Shown piece by piece: positions 27,539 to 36,025 of a DNA stretch of 55,505 bases (its first letter is position 1; every line of letters starts with the position of its first letter). The stretch lies in the IMG/VR virus record IMGVR_UViG_3300049259_000022, positions 1-55,505 of that record; one strand, 5' to 3'. This DNA comes from a virus. Lineage: Duplodnaviria > Caudoviricetes. The translations under genes and the position numbers were made by a program. The notes beneath the pieces were generated by a model. That model saw nothing but the letters and a program-made list of their open reading frames with translations, had not been told where the DNA came from and did not search any database.

Positions 27539-27892
27539 TGAGGGTGACTCACTGCGTGAGGCGGCAGGTCTGTCACCCTCATGCCTGGCGCGCACAGCAC
27601 CAACCTGAGTCGACGCGCCAGATCCACGAACCTACCTACCTGAATCCCTCAGCCGCCGTACTACCGACGATACAGGTCGCCTCCAGGGGAGGGCGGGGTG
27701 ACCGGTGGCCCGGTCTGGAAGCACTCCCACCACCTCGGTTCGTGGAGGTATTCAGTTGTGTTACAAGACGAGGTGCAGCCTGCATCCTCGCACGGCCGGT
27801 AGCGAAGTCTCCTTCTGTGATCCCGCACCATCCCCGCAGGGTGAGTAGGTGCAGCTGGAGTTCATTCACTAGCTGCTACAGGCCACACCTCG
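27539..27892 (-). ncRNA. candidate structured non-coding RNA(s) upstream of tRNA-Gly
   Basis: 16-bp helix 27769-27784/27877-27892 whose three non-WC positions are G-U on the minus strand; further stems 27640-27650/27746-27756, 27539-27581 and 27585-27621. Confidence 0.5.
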
Positions 27893-27909
27893 CCCGGACC
27901 AGCTGCGGA

Positions 27910-28869
27910 TCAGCTCTTGCGAGCGCCCTTCGGCTGGCCGTCCTTGGCGTCGACCGGCTCGACGCCCTCGAGGGTGCACTTGCCGGAACGCGGGAACAGA
28001 CGGGCCGACACCGCACCCGGCGACGGAGCCTCGTTGCCGTACTCCTCCGAGTGGTGCGTGACGATCTGCGCGATGGTCAGGAAGTCGCCGGACGCCTTGT
28101 CCGCGAACGCCGCCTGAATGTGCTTGCCGATGTCCCGACGCGTGCCGGTGAAGGGGGCCTTCGGGCCGCCCCCGCCGCCACCCTTGACGCTCTTGCCCTG
28201 CGCCAGCTTCAGCGCACGCTGCGCCAGGGCCGACACCTCGGGCTTCTCGCCCTCGCCGGTGTACTTCGCCAGGGTGTCGACCTCGTTGACGGTCTTCTGC
28301 GCCAGCTCGTTGGCCTTGGTCTGCCAGTCGTCGGACACACCCTCCGGGACGTTCTGCGTCACGTAGCCGTACGCCAGCTGGAGACCGACAACCTGCTGCA
28401 CGAATGCCTCGGTCGGGTCGGACGGGGTCGCGTCGGCCTTCTTGCCCCCGCCGCGCGACTTGGTCAACTCCTGGCGGATGGTGTTGAGCGCCCGAGCGTT
28501 CGGGATGTTGCCGTGCTCGGGGTCCAGGGCCTCCTTGACGCCCTGCTCGATGCTCGCCCGCACCTTGGCCTTGGCCTTCGAGCCGTCGAGCTCGTGGTAC
28601 GCCTTGATGACCGGCTCGAGCTGGGCGGGCGCGAGGGTGCCGGTGGACTGGTCCATCTCGGCCAGCGCGACCTTCAGGGCCTCGTCGAAGCCGGTGGTGT
28701 CGATGACCTCAGGCGCAGCGGCGGCCTGCGGCTCGGTGTTCTCGGTGTTCTGTGGGGTGCTCTGCGCCTGCTCGTCGGCTGGCGCGGTAGCCGTGGTAGT
28801 CACGGTCTCCTCCTTGTTAGATGCGGCGGCCTTCTTGGCAGCTGCCGTCTTGGTTGGCTGACGCGCCAT
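27910..28869 (-). CDS. putative DNA-binding protein with C-terminal winged-helix-like domain
   Basis: Lys/Ala-rich N-terminus; RRDIGKHI...FLTIAQI...SEEYG...PSPGAV; RBS AGGAGG; paralog of 33223..34014. Confidence 0.75.
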   Translation of the reverse strand: MARQPTKTAAAKKAAASNKEETVTTTATAPADEQAQSTPQNTENTEPQAAAAPEVIDTTGFDEALKVALAEMDQSTGTLAPAQLEPVIKAYHELDGSKAKAKVRASIEQGVKEALDPEHGNIPNARALNTIRQELTKSRGGGKKADATPSDPTEAFVQQVVGLQLAYGYVTQNVPEGVSDDWQTKANELAQKTVNEVDTLAKYTGEGEKPEVSALAQRALKLAQGKSVKGGGGGGPKAPFTGTRRDIGKHIQAAFADKASGDFLTIAQIVTHHSEEYGNEAPSPGAVSARLFPRSGKCTLEGVEPVDAKDGQPKGARKS

Positions 28870-28915
28870 TTCGATAACCTCCTGCGATACCGGGCGTCGG
28901 ATATTGCGTGATCGT

Positions 28916-29231
28916 CGGCTTGACCATCTGTGATGACAGCGAACCTAGCGCTGACACGGACACATGGTCAAGCCGGGTAGTGGAGTTGAATGTTCTAACT
29001 TGCTATCGGAGACCAGCCCTCGACTCAAGCGTTCATTCGACTGGGAGACTTACTCCTGCACTCCGTGTGTACTTGTAGGGTATCCGGCTAGGACTTCTGG
29101 TCGATCAGCCACCCCATAATGTCACCTCCCAGCTATACCCTTCGAGGGTTACGTGCTGGGACCTTCACGCACCTGGTTAGAGGGCGTGCGGTATCCCCAC
29201 GCAACAAACATTACTCAGCTGATAGGCTGAT
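28916..29231 (-). ncRNA. candidate structured leader or ncRNA
   Basis: 12-bp stem 28916-28927/28964-28975; multibranch domain closed by ATCAGCC/GGCTGAT (29104-29231). Confidence 0.4.
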
Positions 29232-29271
29232 GGGAAGCATTTTGCGGTATGGACTTTGCCGGGCGTGTTGA

Positions 29272-29574
29272 TCAGAACGGCGCATCTGGCTCGTTATTCG
29301 TGAGACCTGCCAGGACAACAGCTACCTCGTTCGCGTCGAGGATGAGCTCCACGATGCCGCCGCCTGGGCCATCGAGCTGCATCCATTCGGTGAAGGTGCC
29401 GCAGTGATGACAGCGTCTGATCACGATATACAGACCCATGGCATGACTGGGATCGGTGCATCGGTGCGCCTGGCGGAAGAAGCTCCACGTATCGTGAGGT
29501 GTAGACTCGAGCTCGATCTTGCACTCCATTGGAGCGTAATCGGGCTCGTCATATGGAATCAGGTGAAGGGTCAC
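29272..29574 (-). CDS. hypothetical Cys/His-rich protein
   Basis: HRC..P.H, CHHC. Confidence 0.55.
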   Translation of the reverse strand: MTLHLIPYDEPDYAPMECKIELESTPHDTWSFFRQAHRCTDPSHAMGLYIVIRRCHHCGTFTEWMQLDGPGGGIVELILDANEVAVVLAGLTNNEPDAPF

Positions 29575-29708
29575 TGGATACGCTCCGAAATGGTCTTGTA
29601 CTTCTCGTCGTCGGACAACGGTGGCAGAGTGTAACCTTTGATGGAGCGTACGATAGAAGCTCCAACGTAGACTGCAAACGCGAATAGGATTACTATTGCG
29701 AGTGCCAT
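29571..29708 (-). CDS. small membrane protein (45 aa)
   Basis: Manual translation MALAIVILFAFAVYVGASIVRSIK...; RBS GGAG; GTGA overlap with the next gene. Confidence 0.5.
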   Translation of the reverse strand: MALAIVILFAFAVYVGASIVRSIKGYTLPPLSDDEKYKTISERIQ

Positions 29709-29720
29709 TGATCTCTCCAG

Positions 29721-29900
29721 CTAGGAGGTGAGACTTCCGTTCAACAGACCCTCGCGGATCTTGGCGTAACGAGTGTTAGCAATATGCTTGACCTCGCCAG
29801 TATACAGGTACCATCTGACGTTGCGAATGGTGATCGGCGAGTGGTCTTGGGTCTCGTAGCCGTGTGTTACCAGGTTGCGCATTACTACGGTATCAGTCAT
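29721..29900 (-). CDS. small hypothetical protein (59 aa)
   Basis: Manual translation MTDTVVMRNL...; TGATG coupling. Confidence 0.5.
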   Translation of the reverse strand: MTDTVVMRNLVTHGYETQDHSPITIRNVRWYLYTGEVKHIANTRYAKIREGLLNGSLTS

Positions 29901-30376
29901 CAGGCTCGCCGCGCCGCCTCTCGGGCATCCCGTTCGATCCTGGGTGACAGTACCGCACCCATGTGATACGGACTGCGGAACTCCCAGGTACCCTCTAGGC
30001 GGTAGATCAGCGACGGGTGATGGACATCGGGCAGTTGATAGAAGCCCCGGTAGCCGTCGAGCCCCTGGTCGTATGGTCGCAGCCAGGAGAGGAGCAGCGG
30101 GATCTCGTTCGTGTGCTTGAAGCTGCTGTTCACGATCAGCTGGTAGCGCTCGGTATAGGAGTCATACCTGAACTCCGTGGTCGCCGTCATGTGCGTATCC
30201 GAGCTGAGTACCAGCATCGAACGCCACTTGATCGTGTCGAAGAACGGGTGATCCGGAAGCTGGTTGCGCTCCTTGGCTGGCTCGCCAGACAGGTCAATCA
30301 TGTGCTGAATGATCGGGACGGCAGGGTTACCGACCTTGAACTCGGCGGTGAGGTAGAACCAAGTTGGGTCACCCAT
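29900..30376 (-). CDS. hypothetical protein
   Basis: 158 aa, coupled at both ends; LPDHPFF..RW motif. Confidence 0.65.
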   Translation of the reverse strand: MGDPTWFYLTAEFKVGNPAVPIIQHMIDLSGEPAKERNQLPDHPFFDTIKWRSMLVLSSDTHMTATTEFRYDSYTERYQLIVNSSFKHTNEIPLLLSWLRPYDQGLDGYRGFYQLPDVHHPSLIYRLEGTWEFRSPYHMGAVLSPRIERDAREAARRA

Positions 30377-30645
30377 CAGAACACATCACCCTGCGGGCGC
30401 TCGACGTACCACCACATCTCGGCGTCACCGACCTGGGTTCCCTCGTAGAAGCCAGCCTCGCCGTGCGTGATCGGGAAGGAGAACTTGTTACCTTCCTCGT
30501 CGTACAGCTGGACCCCCCGACCGAGCAACTCGCAGGTCATAGTCTTGCCTGCGACATTGAGGTGCATGCACACCTCCGACCAAGGCATGATGACCTTGAT
30601 CTTCTCTCCAACCTTAACGCGGACTTTGTCCGGCATTTCTCTCAT
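30376..30645 (-). CDS. hypothetical protein
   Basis: RBS AGGAGG; stop coupled to the next start. Confidence 0.6.
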   Translation of the reverse strand: MREMPDKVRVKVGEKIKVIMPWSEVCMHLNVAGKTMTCELLGRGVQLYDEEGNKFSFPITHGEAGFYEGTQVGDAEMWWYVERPQGDVF

Positions 30646-30658
30646 CCTCCTGGATGGA

Positions 30659-31018
30659 TTACTTGTTGTTAGCGGAGCCCTTTTTGTACCAGGTCGGGCA
30701 GTCGAGCGTGTAGAAGTTGTATCCCTCGTATCCGGAGTACATCACGAAAGTTTGCTCGCGAGGCACTTTGATGCCCTTCACCTTCGCTTCACCGTGAGCG
30801 AGAAGGGTGCCACCCTTCATCTTGTCTGACACCCACCACCTGCACTTCGCAGAAGGTGTAACGCCAGGTGCAGTGTCGTACTGCGATCCGACGAAGTCCT
30901 TCACGATCTTGACTCCGTGGTCGGCATCACCTGTGAGCTGATCTGGACCATTACCACATGCGGCCAGGGTGAATGCGAGTCCTACGGTTCCCCCGACTGT
31001 CAATACTGTGCGCTTCAT
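30659..31018 (-). CDS. lipoprotein
   Basis: MKRTVLTVGGTVGLAFTLAAC lipobox. Confidence 0.75.
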   Translation of the reverse strand: MKRTVLTVGGTVGLAFTLAACGNGPDQLTGDADHGVKIVKDFVGSQYDTAPGVTPSAKCRWWVSDKMKGGTLLAHGEAKVKGIKVPREQTFVMYSGYEGYNFYTLDCPTWYKKGSANNK

Positions 31019-31084
31019 GAGCGACCTTTCTCCCCTGATCCGGGGCGGCACACCTCACTGCAAGAGTGAAGCGGCCGTGCTGGA

Positions 31085-31297
31085 TCAGGACTTCCTGGTA
31101 CGTACTGTCTGACCAGTGAAGCTCATCGGCATCACCGAGAAGATGATGTCAGTCTCGATGGGGTGATTCTCCTTGAGCTCTTTCTCGGTGAGCCAGCGTG
31201 TCTCGCCTGTGTTGCGCGTCTTGTAGACAGCGCCATTCCTCCACTCGGTGATCTCCCACACCTCGTAGAGCGACTCGATGTCATCAATGGTCGGCAT
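31085..31297 (-). CDS. small hypothetical protein
   Basis: Start trimmed to ATG 31297 (MPTIDD). Confidence 0.5.
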   Translation of the reverse strand: MPTIDDIESLYEVWEITEWRNGAVYKTRNTGETRWLTEKELKENHPIETDIIFSVMPMSFTGQTVRTRKS

Positions 31298-31298
31298 G

Positions 31299-31781
31299 TC
31301 AGTTCCAGTACCTCTCCATTGCTGGGGTCGTGTAACCCTCCGCCGTTCGATCGGCATTGTCAAGGGGGAACCGACCCCCACCTGGGCGATGACAGTCTGC
31401 CTCATAGACGCGGCGGTCGCGTTGCTGGTACTCATCGCGGTGCTCCCCCGCAGCCTCGTAAACAGCGTGTGGCCGGAACCGTACATCCGGGGCCGAGAAT
31501 TGGTCCGTACGCGACCAGACGCCATCGTCGCGGGTGTAGACATCCAGAATGCGTTCCGCCGCGTTGTAGCGCGTCTCACGGGACATGACTGTCACGTCAT
31601 ACTTGATGTACGACACGCCCAGCCTGTCCTCCTCCACGAGGATGCTATCCACGGTCGAGTGGAAGGGCAACTTGATCTTGATGCCGATGTGAGCCTCGCC
31701 TGCGGCCACTAGTTGGGCGGACGTGAGGTCATGCTCGACACCGTGACGGCCGTGCTCGACCTTGATGAGCGGGTTGATCAT
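31299..31781 (-). CDS. hypothetical protein
   Basis: Start trimmed to ATG 31781 after AGGAGG. Confidence 0.55.
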   Translation of the reverse strand: MINPLIKVEHGRHGVEHDLTSAQLVAAGEAHIGIKIKLPFHSTVDSILVEEDRLGVSYIKYDVTVMSRETRYNAAERILDVYTRDDGVWSRTDQFSAPDVRFRPHAVYEAAGEHRDEYQQRDRRVYEADCHRPGGGRFPLDNADRTAEGYTTPAMERYWN

Positions 31782-31809
31782 CTCTTCCTCCTGGGAAGGG
31801 TTGATACTG

Positions 31810-32085
31810 CTAGTACTGACAGACTGCGATGATGTCGGACTCATAAGCCCAGATGTGGTTATTCTCGTCAATCTCGACCCACTTGCCCTCGCCGTCCTTG
31901 ACGAGGGCAGGCTCACCTTCCTCGCGAACACCTTCCCACCTGACTGGCTCGAGGTGCGTCCAGATCTCGGTGACTGCGGCTACCTCGGGGTGACCGTTGC
32001 GCAGGTAGCGAACAAGACTGCCCTCGGTGTACGTCAGGCTTGTACCGGGAATGGTGCGAGGCTCGGTTGCGCCTGGCTGGGTCAC
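31810..32085 (-). CDS. hypothetical protein
   Basis: GTGA overlap with the upstream stop. Confidence 0.55.
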   Translation of the reverse strand: MTQPGATEPRTIPGTSLTYTEGSLVRYLRNGHPEVAAVTEIWTHLEPVRWEGVREEGEPALVKDGEGKWVEIDENNHIWAYESDIIAVCQY

Positions 32086-32549
32086 TTGAACTCGCCCCTG
32101 TGGTATTTCTGGATCATGGTGCCGTCCATAGCAGAGGAGCTCCTGTACAGCACCTCCCACTCGAGGCGCGTGACAGGCTTGGAGAACTTCCCGAAGGCAC
32201 CCTGCCAGACCGCGTCTCCGTAGTCACGCTGATGCTTCGGCAGGTTCATCCAGCGCGCCTGGTAATCAACCGGGCCAACCGGCGGCGTGGGCGGCGTGCG
32301 TGTGAGCTCCACGAGCTTCGAGACATGCAGGTACAGGTGCGGGTCACGCAGTACAGCGTCCATCAGGAGTGACTGGACCTCGTCACCGATCTCATCGCCA
32401 TTCTCGTCCAGATCCTGCGGGCTACTGTGCCCCGCCTGATACAGGAACTCCACAACCAACTCGGACGCCTCGTCAACGCGTTTCTGCGACAGGTCATCCA
32501 ACGCCACCCATTGGGCGGGCAACTTCGGCAGCTTCATGGTTCCATTCAC
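32082..32549 (-). CDS. hypothetical protein
   Basis: 155-aa ORF, first gene after a non-coding gap. Confidence 0.6.
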   Translation of the reverse strand: MNGTMKLPKLPAQWVALDDLSQKRVDEASELVVEFLYQAGHSSPQDLDENGDEIGDEVQSLLMDAVLRDPHLYLHVSKLVELTRTPPTPPVGPVDYQARWMNLPKHQRDYGDAVWQGAFGKFSKPVTRLEWEVLYRSSSAMDGTMIQKYHRGEFK

Positions 32550-33172
32550 CCCTCGTCATCTGTGGCCAGGTCATGGGGCTGGCCCACATGTCCATTCTAC
32601 GGCACACTGGTTAGGCTCTCCTAACAACCGATAGCATACACTTTACTATCGGTGACCAGAGTGTGACAGGCACAGCTAGTTGCCTAGCGCAACCAGTTAT
32701 CGCCTGGCCACGGTAGACAGTGTTCTACGCCGGGTGCCGGGGGTACGTCATGCCTGAACCAGGTGCCGTTGGGTGGTCGGCTAGAACATGGCCTGACTGG
32801 CCCGCAATGGGGGCTAGGAGACGCGTTCACGCCTTCCCGGTAGGTGGGGGCCGGTACGGGGGTTGAGTCCGCCAGGCGGGCACACACGGCGTGTGATGTG
32901 GGGACCGGTGGTGATGTCGGCGGGCTAGCGGCTAGGGCATGTGGTGATCGGGCCACAATGGGGCCGCTAGGGGGCGCTGGGCGGGTGATGCACACATGGG
33001 CGTAGGTGGCATGTAGCGACCCGTTAGGACGGCACGTAGGGGCTAGGCGTCAGGTGTGCATGAGGCGTGTGGATTGTCCACGGGATGCTGGACATTGCAT
33101 ACTGGATACACCAGGTGTGTCGGCGGGCACGGGGGTCGTATGCGGGAGACTGTATACAGTCACATGACAGAG

Positions 33173-33207
33173 ACAAACCCACCTGGCTGGTGACCAGGTG
33201 GGTTTGT
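33173..33207 (-). terminator. intrinsic terminator-like hairpin
   Basis: ACAAACCCACCTGG-N7-CCAGGTGGGTTTGT just after the stop at 33223. Confidence 0.7.
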
Positions 33208-33222
33208 TACTTACCTGATGGG

Positions 33223-34014
33223 TCAGGCGAGCCGGTAGCCCTTGACCTTGGCGTCGTTGACGACGGACTCGATGCCGTCCATCTCACGGCCGTACGCCGC
33301 ACCGATGGCACCGACCGAGGGCGAGTCGTCCGGACCGTACGCGTCGGACCGGTGGTTGCGCACCTGGGCGCAGGTCAGGATGGTGCCCTTGGGGGCCGCG
33401 TCCAACGCGGAACGGATGTGCGCCTCGACGGACCGCTGCGGGCCGGTACGACGCGAGCCGGACTTGACGACGGCCAACTTGGCGGCCAGGGACTGCGCCG
33501 ACTTGCGCTCGTCATCGGTCAGGTTCGTCAACCGCTCGAGCATGGCGTTCGTGACCTCGTCGCCGTGCGCCTCACGGAACGTGGCCCGTGCTGTGGCGGA
33601 TGCCATGGACAGCGCGGCCAGGTGGATCACGTAGCCGTCGGCGGGGTCAACCTCGACGGGTGCCTTGGTGGTCACCATGACGGCCAGCACGTCGCGCAGC
33701 ACGGCCAGCTTGTCCATGTTGAGCTCGTTCAGCGCGTCGGTCTGGAACTTGTTCCACGCGGACCGGATGGCGGCCTTGCCGGACTTGTCGGCGGACCGGT
33801 ACGCCTCGCCCACGGTGGCCACGTACGCGGCCTGGTCGGTCTCCCAACCGGTGGGAATGACGTAGGCGGGGGTAGCGGCCTGATCGGTCTCAACGGCCGT
33901 CACGGTGGCATCGGTGCCCTGTGCGTTCGGCGCGGCCTGGACGGGTGCCGGGGTCGCGTTCGGCGCGTCGGCGGGGGTGGAGGTGGTGCTGGCCTTGCGG
34001 GTACGTGCGGTCAT
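33223..34014 (-). CDS. putative DNA-binding protein, paralog of 27910..28869
   Basis: QRSVEAHI...ILTCAQV...SDAYG...PSVGAI; start ATG 34014 after AGGAG. Confidence 0.75.
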   Translation of the reverse strand: MTARTRKASTTSTPADAPNATPAPVQAAPNAQGTDATVTAVETDQAATPAYVIPTGWETDQAAYVATVGEAYRSADKSGKAAIRSAWNKFQTDALNELNMDKLAVLRDVLAVMVTTKAPVEVDPADGYVIHLAALSMASATARATFREAHGDEVTNAMLERLTNLTDDERKSAQSLAAKLAVVKSGSRRTGPQRSVEAHIRSALDAAPKGTILTCAQVRNHRSDAYGPDDSPSVGAIGAAYGREMDGIESVVNDAKVKGYRLA

Positions 34015-34071
34015 GATCTCGGCTCCTAGCCGGTAGGTGGTGCGCGGCGGGCACGGTGCCCGCCTAGAACC

Positions 34072-34101
34072 AGAATGGGTGCTGATGGGGTGCGGTGTCA
34101 A
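34072..34101 (-). promoter_or_regulatory. SigA-type promoter
   Basis: TTGACA-N18-CATTCT upstream of ATG 34014. Confidence 0.55.
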
Positions 34102-34169
34102 GCTAGTCCGTATGGTGGACTGGTGGGACTGTTGCCGGGGGCAACGAATTACCCCCGGCGTAGTGCGTA

Positions 34170-34577
34170 CTACGGGATGACTGGCAGCCAGTCGTAGTCG
34201 TTACCGGTCCAGACGCGCAGGCATGAGTCCTCGGTGGGGCATGTGCGTGTCGGGTGCCACTCCGGAGGGTTGCTGATGGGTGCCTGCTGGTCGTGGACGA
34301 TGCGGTCCACGTAGGCGGACATCTGGACGGCTCCTAGGCCGGACACGCACGCCACCATGACGCCCAGGGCCAGCCATCCGGCCAGGCGGGTGATGAACGA
34401 CGGGCGGGAGCCCCGACCGGACTGGCGGCCCATGCGGCGCATCATGCGTCGGTGCTGGCGACGGGACTTGCCCGTGTCGTGGGCGGCCATGGTGCGGGCG
34501 ACGTGAGGGTAGGACTGGGGATCCGGCATGGTGGATGCGGCGGTCAGGTGGTTCTGGCGGGTGGTGTGTGTGCGCAT
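34170..34577 (-). CDS. putative membrane protein
   Basis: Arg-rich stretch followed by TM LAGWLALGVMVACVSGLGAV; CPTEDSC motif. Confidence 0.65.
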   Translation of the reverse strand: MRTHTTRQNHLTAASTMPDPQSYPHVARTMAAHDTGKSRRQHRRMMRRMGRQSGRGSRPSFITRLAGWLALGVMVACVSGLGAVQMSAYVDRIVHDQQAPISNPPEWHPTRTCPTEDSCLRVWTGNDYDWLPVIP

Positions 34578-34641
34578 GATCTCGGCTCCTAGCCGGTAGG
34601 TGCCCCGCTACGGGGCTGATGGGTGGTCGGTGGGTGATTGG

Positions 34642-34680
34642 GTGTGTGGGCACCTGATAGGCCGGTAGGTGCCCACACAC
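34642..34680 (-). terminator. hairpin after the Thr/Tyr-rich gene
   Basis: 14-bp stem GTGTGTGGGCACCT/AGGTGCCCACACAC. Confidence 0.6.
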
Positions 34681-34695
34681 AGCGTGTGGTGGGTG

Positions 34696-35862
34696 CTAGA
34701 TGGAGTAGTGCGCGTCCAGGGTGTCGGAGTAGGCGGGGTAGTGGACGTTGGCGGGCTCGTAGGTGTCGTAGGGCATGCCGATCACTAGGGCGGCGTACGC
34801 CTGGCCGTCGGTGCGGAACGGGTGACCGAACGCGGCCATGAGGTCGGTGTAGTCGTGCACCATGGCTGCCACGTCGACGCGTAGGACCGTGCGGTAGGTG
34901 TCGCGGTGCATGGGTACGCGGGTGACTACGCGGGTGTAGGTGGCGGGGGCTACGGGGCCGAGCTCGCCGTAGTTGAATCGGTGCGACGTGCCGGTGAACT
35001 CGTTGCCGTTGGCATCGATGTGCTCGGCGTGCGTGTGGCCGAACGGGGCGATGCACGCGCCGTAGCCCGCGTAGGTGTGGCTGCACGTAGGTGCCCCGGC
35101 TTGCGCCCAGGAGACGGCCGTGACCAGGGTTGCCTCGAGGTTGCGTGCGTAGGTGCGGTAGTAGGCGTGGTCTGCGGCGACGTAGGTGATGGTGTCGCCG
35201 GTACCGTCGTCGGTGGCAACCCAGGCGTGGTTGACGTCGGTGCGCGTGGTGACGTAGGTGCCGTCGTCGTAGGTGTAGGTGCGGGTGACGATGCCACCAC
35301 CGGCGATGGCGGTGTAGTCGGTGCACGTGGACCGTACGCCGTCCATGTACCGGGCCAGGCTAGTGGTACCGGTGTAGGTGGTGTAGGGAGTCATGGTGGC
35401 ACCAGCGGCCTGCGGGGTGGTGTTGGTGATGATGCGGACGGGTGCCAGGTCGGTGTCGAAGGTCGGTGTCGCGGCGTGTGCGGGAACGGTCGGCGCACCG
35501 TAGGTGTCGTGTCCGGGCATGGGGGACGCGTAGCCGTAGCCATCAGCGGTCTGGATGAACGACCTGGCCGCGTCCACGGTGGTGATGGCAACGCCGTAGC
35601 GGGTGCGTAGGGCGATGGGCTCGTCGGTGTAGGTGGGTGCGGGAGGCGGGGTAGGCACGGTGCCGTCTGATTGGCCATCGATGGTGTCGCACACGATCTC
35701 GTAGGTGTCGGTGCCGGGGGTGGCCTGTGCGCCGTAGCAATGGCCGCTAGGGGCCTCGTGGGTACGCATCCAACGGTGTGCGCCGTCGTAGGTGCGGTAG
35801 CCGCTACGGACAACCACGGGTGCGGTGTGGTCGGTGGTGTGGGTGTGTGTGTGGATCGCCAT
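34696..35862 (-). CDS. Thr/Tyr/His-rich, lysine-free hypothetical protein
   Basis: 388-aa ORF with C-ending codons, AGGGG SD-like site upstream and a hairpin after the stop. Confidence 0.65.
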   Translation of the reverse strand: MAIHTHTHTTDHTAPVVVRSGYRTYDGAHRWMRTHEAPSGHCYGAQATPGTDTYEIVCDTIDGQSDGTVPTPPPAPTYTDEPIALRTRYGVAITTVDAARSFIQTADGYGYASPMPGHDTYGAPTVPAHAATPTFDTDLAPVRIITNTTPQAAGATMTPYTTYTGTTSLARYMDGVRSTCTDYTAIAGGGIVTRTYTYDDGTYVTTRTDVNHAWVATDDGTGDTITYVAADHAYYRTYARNLEATLVTAVSWAQAGAPTCSHTYAGYGACIAPFGHTHAEHIDANGNEFTGTSHRFNYGELGPVAPATYTRVVTRVPMHRDTYRTVLRVDVAAMVHDYTDLMAAFGHPFRTDGQAYAALVIGMPYDTYEPANVHYPAYSDTLDAHYSI

Positions 35863-36025
35863 GGTTGTGCCCCTAGGTGTGTAGGTAGGTGGTGGTGCAT
35901 GTGTGTGCCTAGGAACAACGTAGGCGTCAGGCGTAGGTGTGTGTAGGTGCGCGCACCTTATTCACAAGATCGATACCACATCGTGACCTGACGATCAGTC
36001 ATGTGGTGGTGGCTGTGTGTGCTTA

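Larger units (their letters stand above)
34012..34602 (-). repeat. 28-bp direct repeat covering RBS and ATG of two genes (34012-34039, 34575-34602)
   Basis: Identical CACCTACCGGCTAGGAGCCGAGATCATG on the minus strand. Confidence 0.9.

Noticed and set aside
27538-28911. Long plus-strand ORFs in the leftward arm (also 7016..7960, 6729..7481, 25497..26477, 33067..34029, 34906..35610)
   Set aside because: Antisense to genes with RBS, motifs and operon coupling; translations are low-complexity with no recognisable domains.
32684-32995. 103-aa Pro-rich ORF
   Set aside because: No clear RBS and composition mirrors the local skew; left uncalled.
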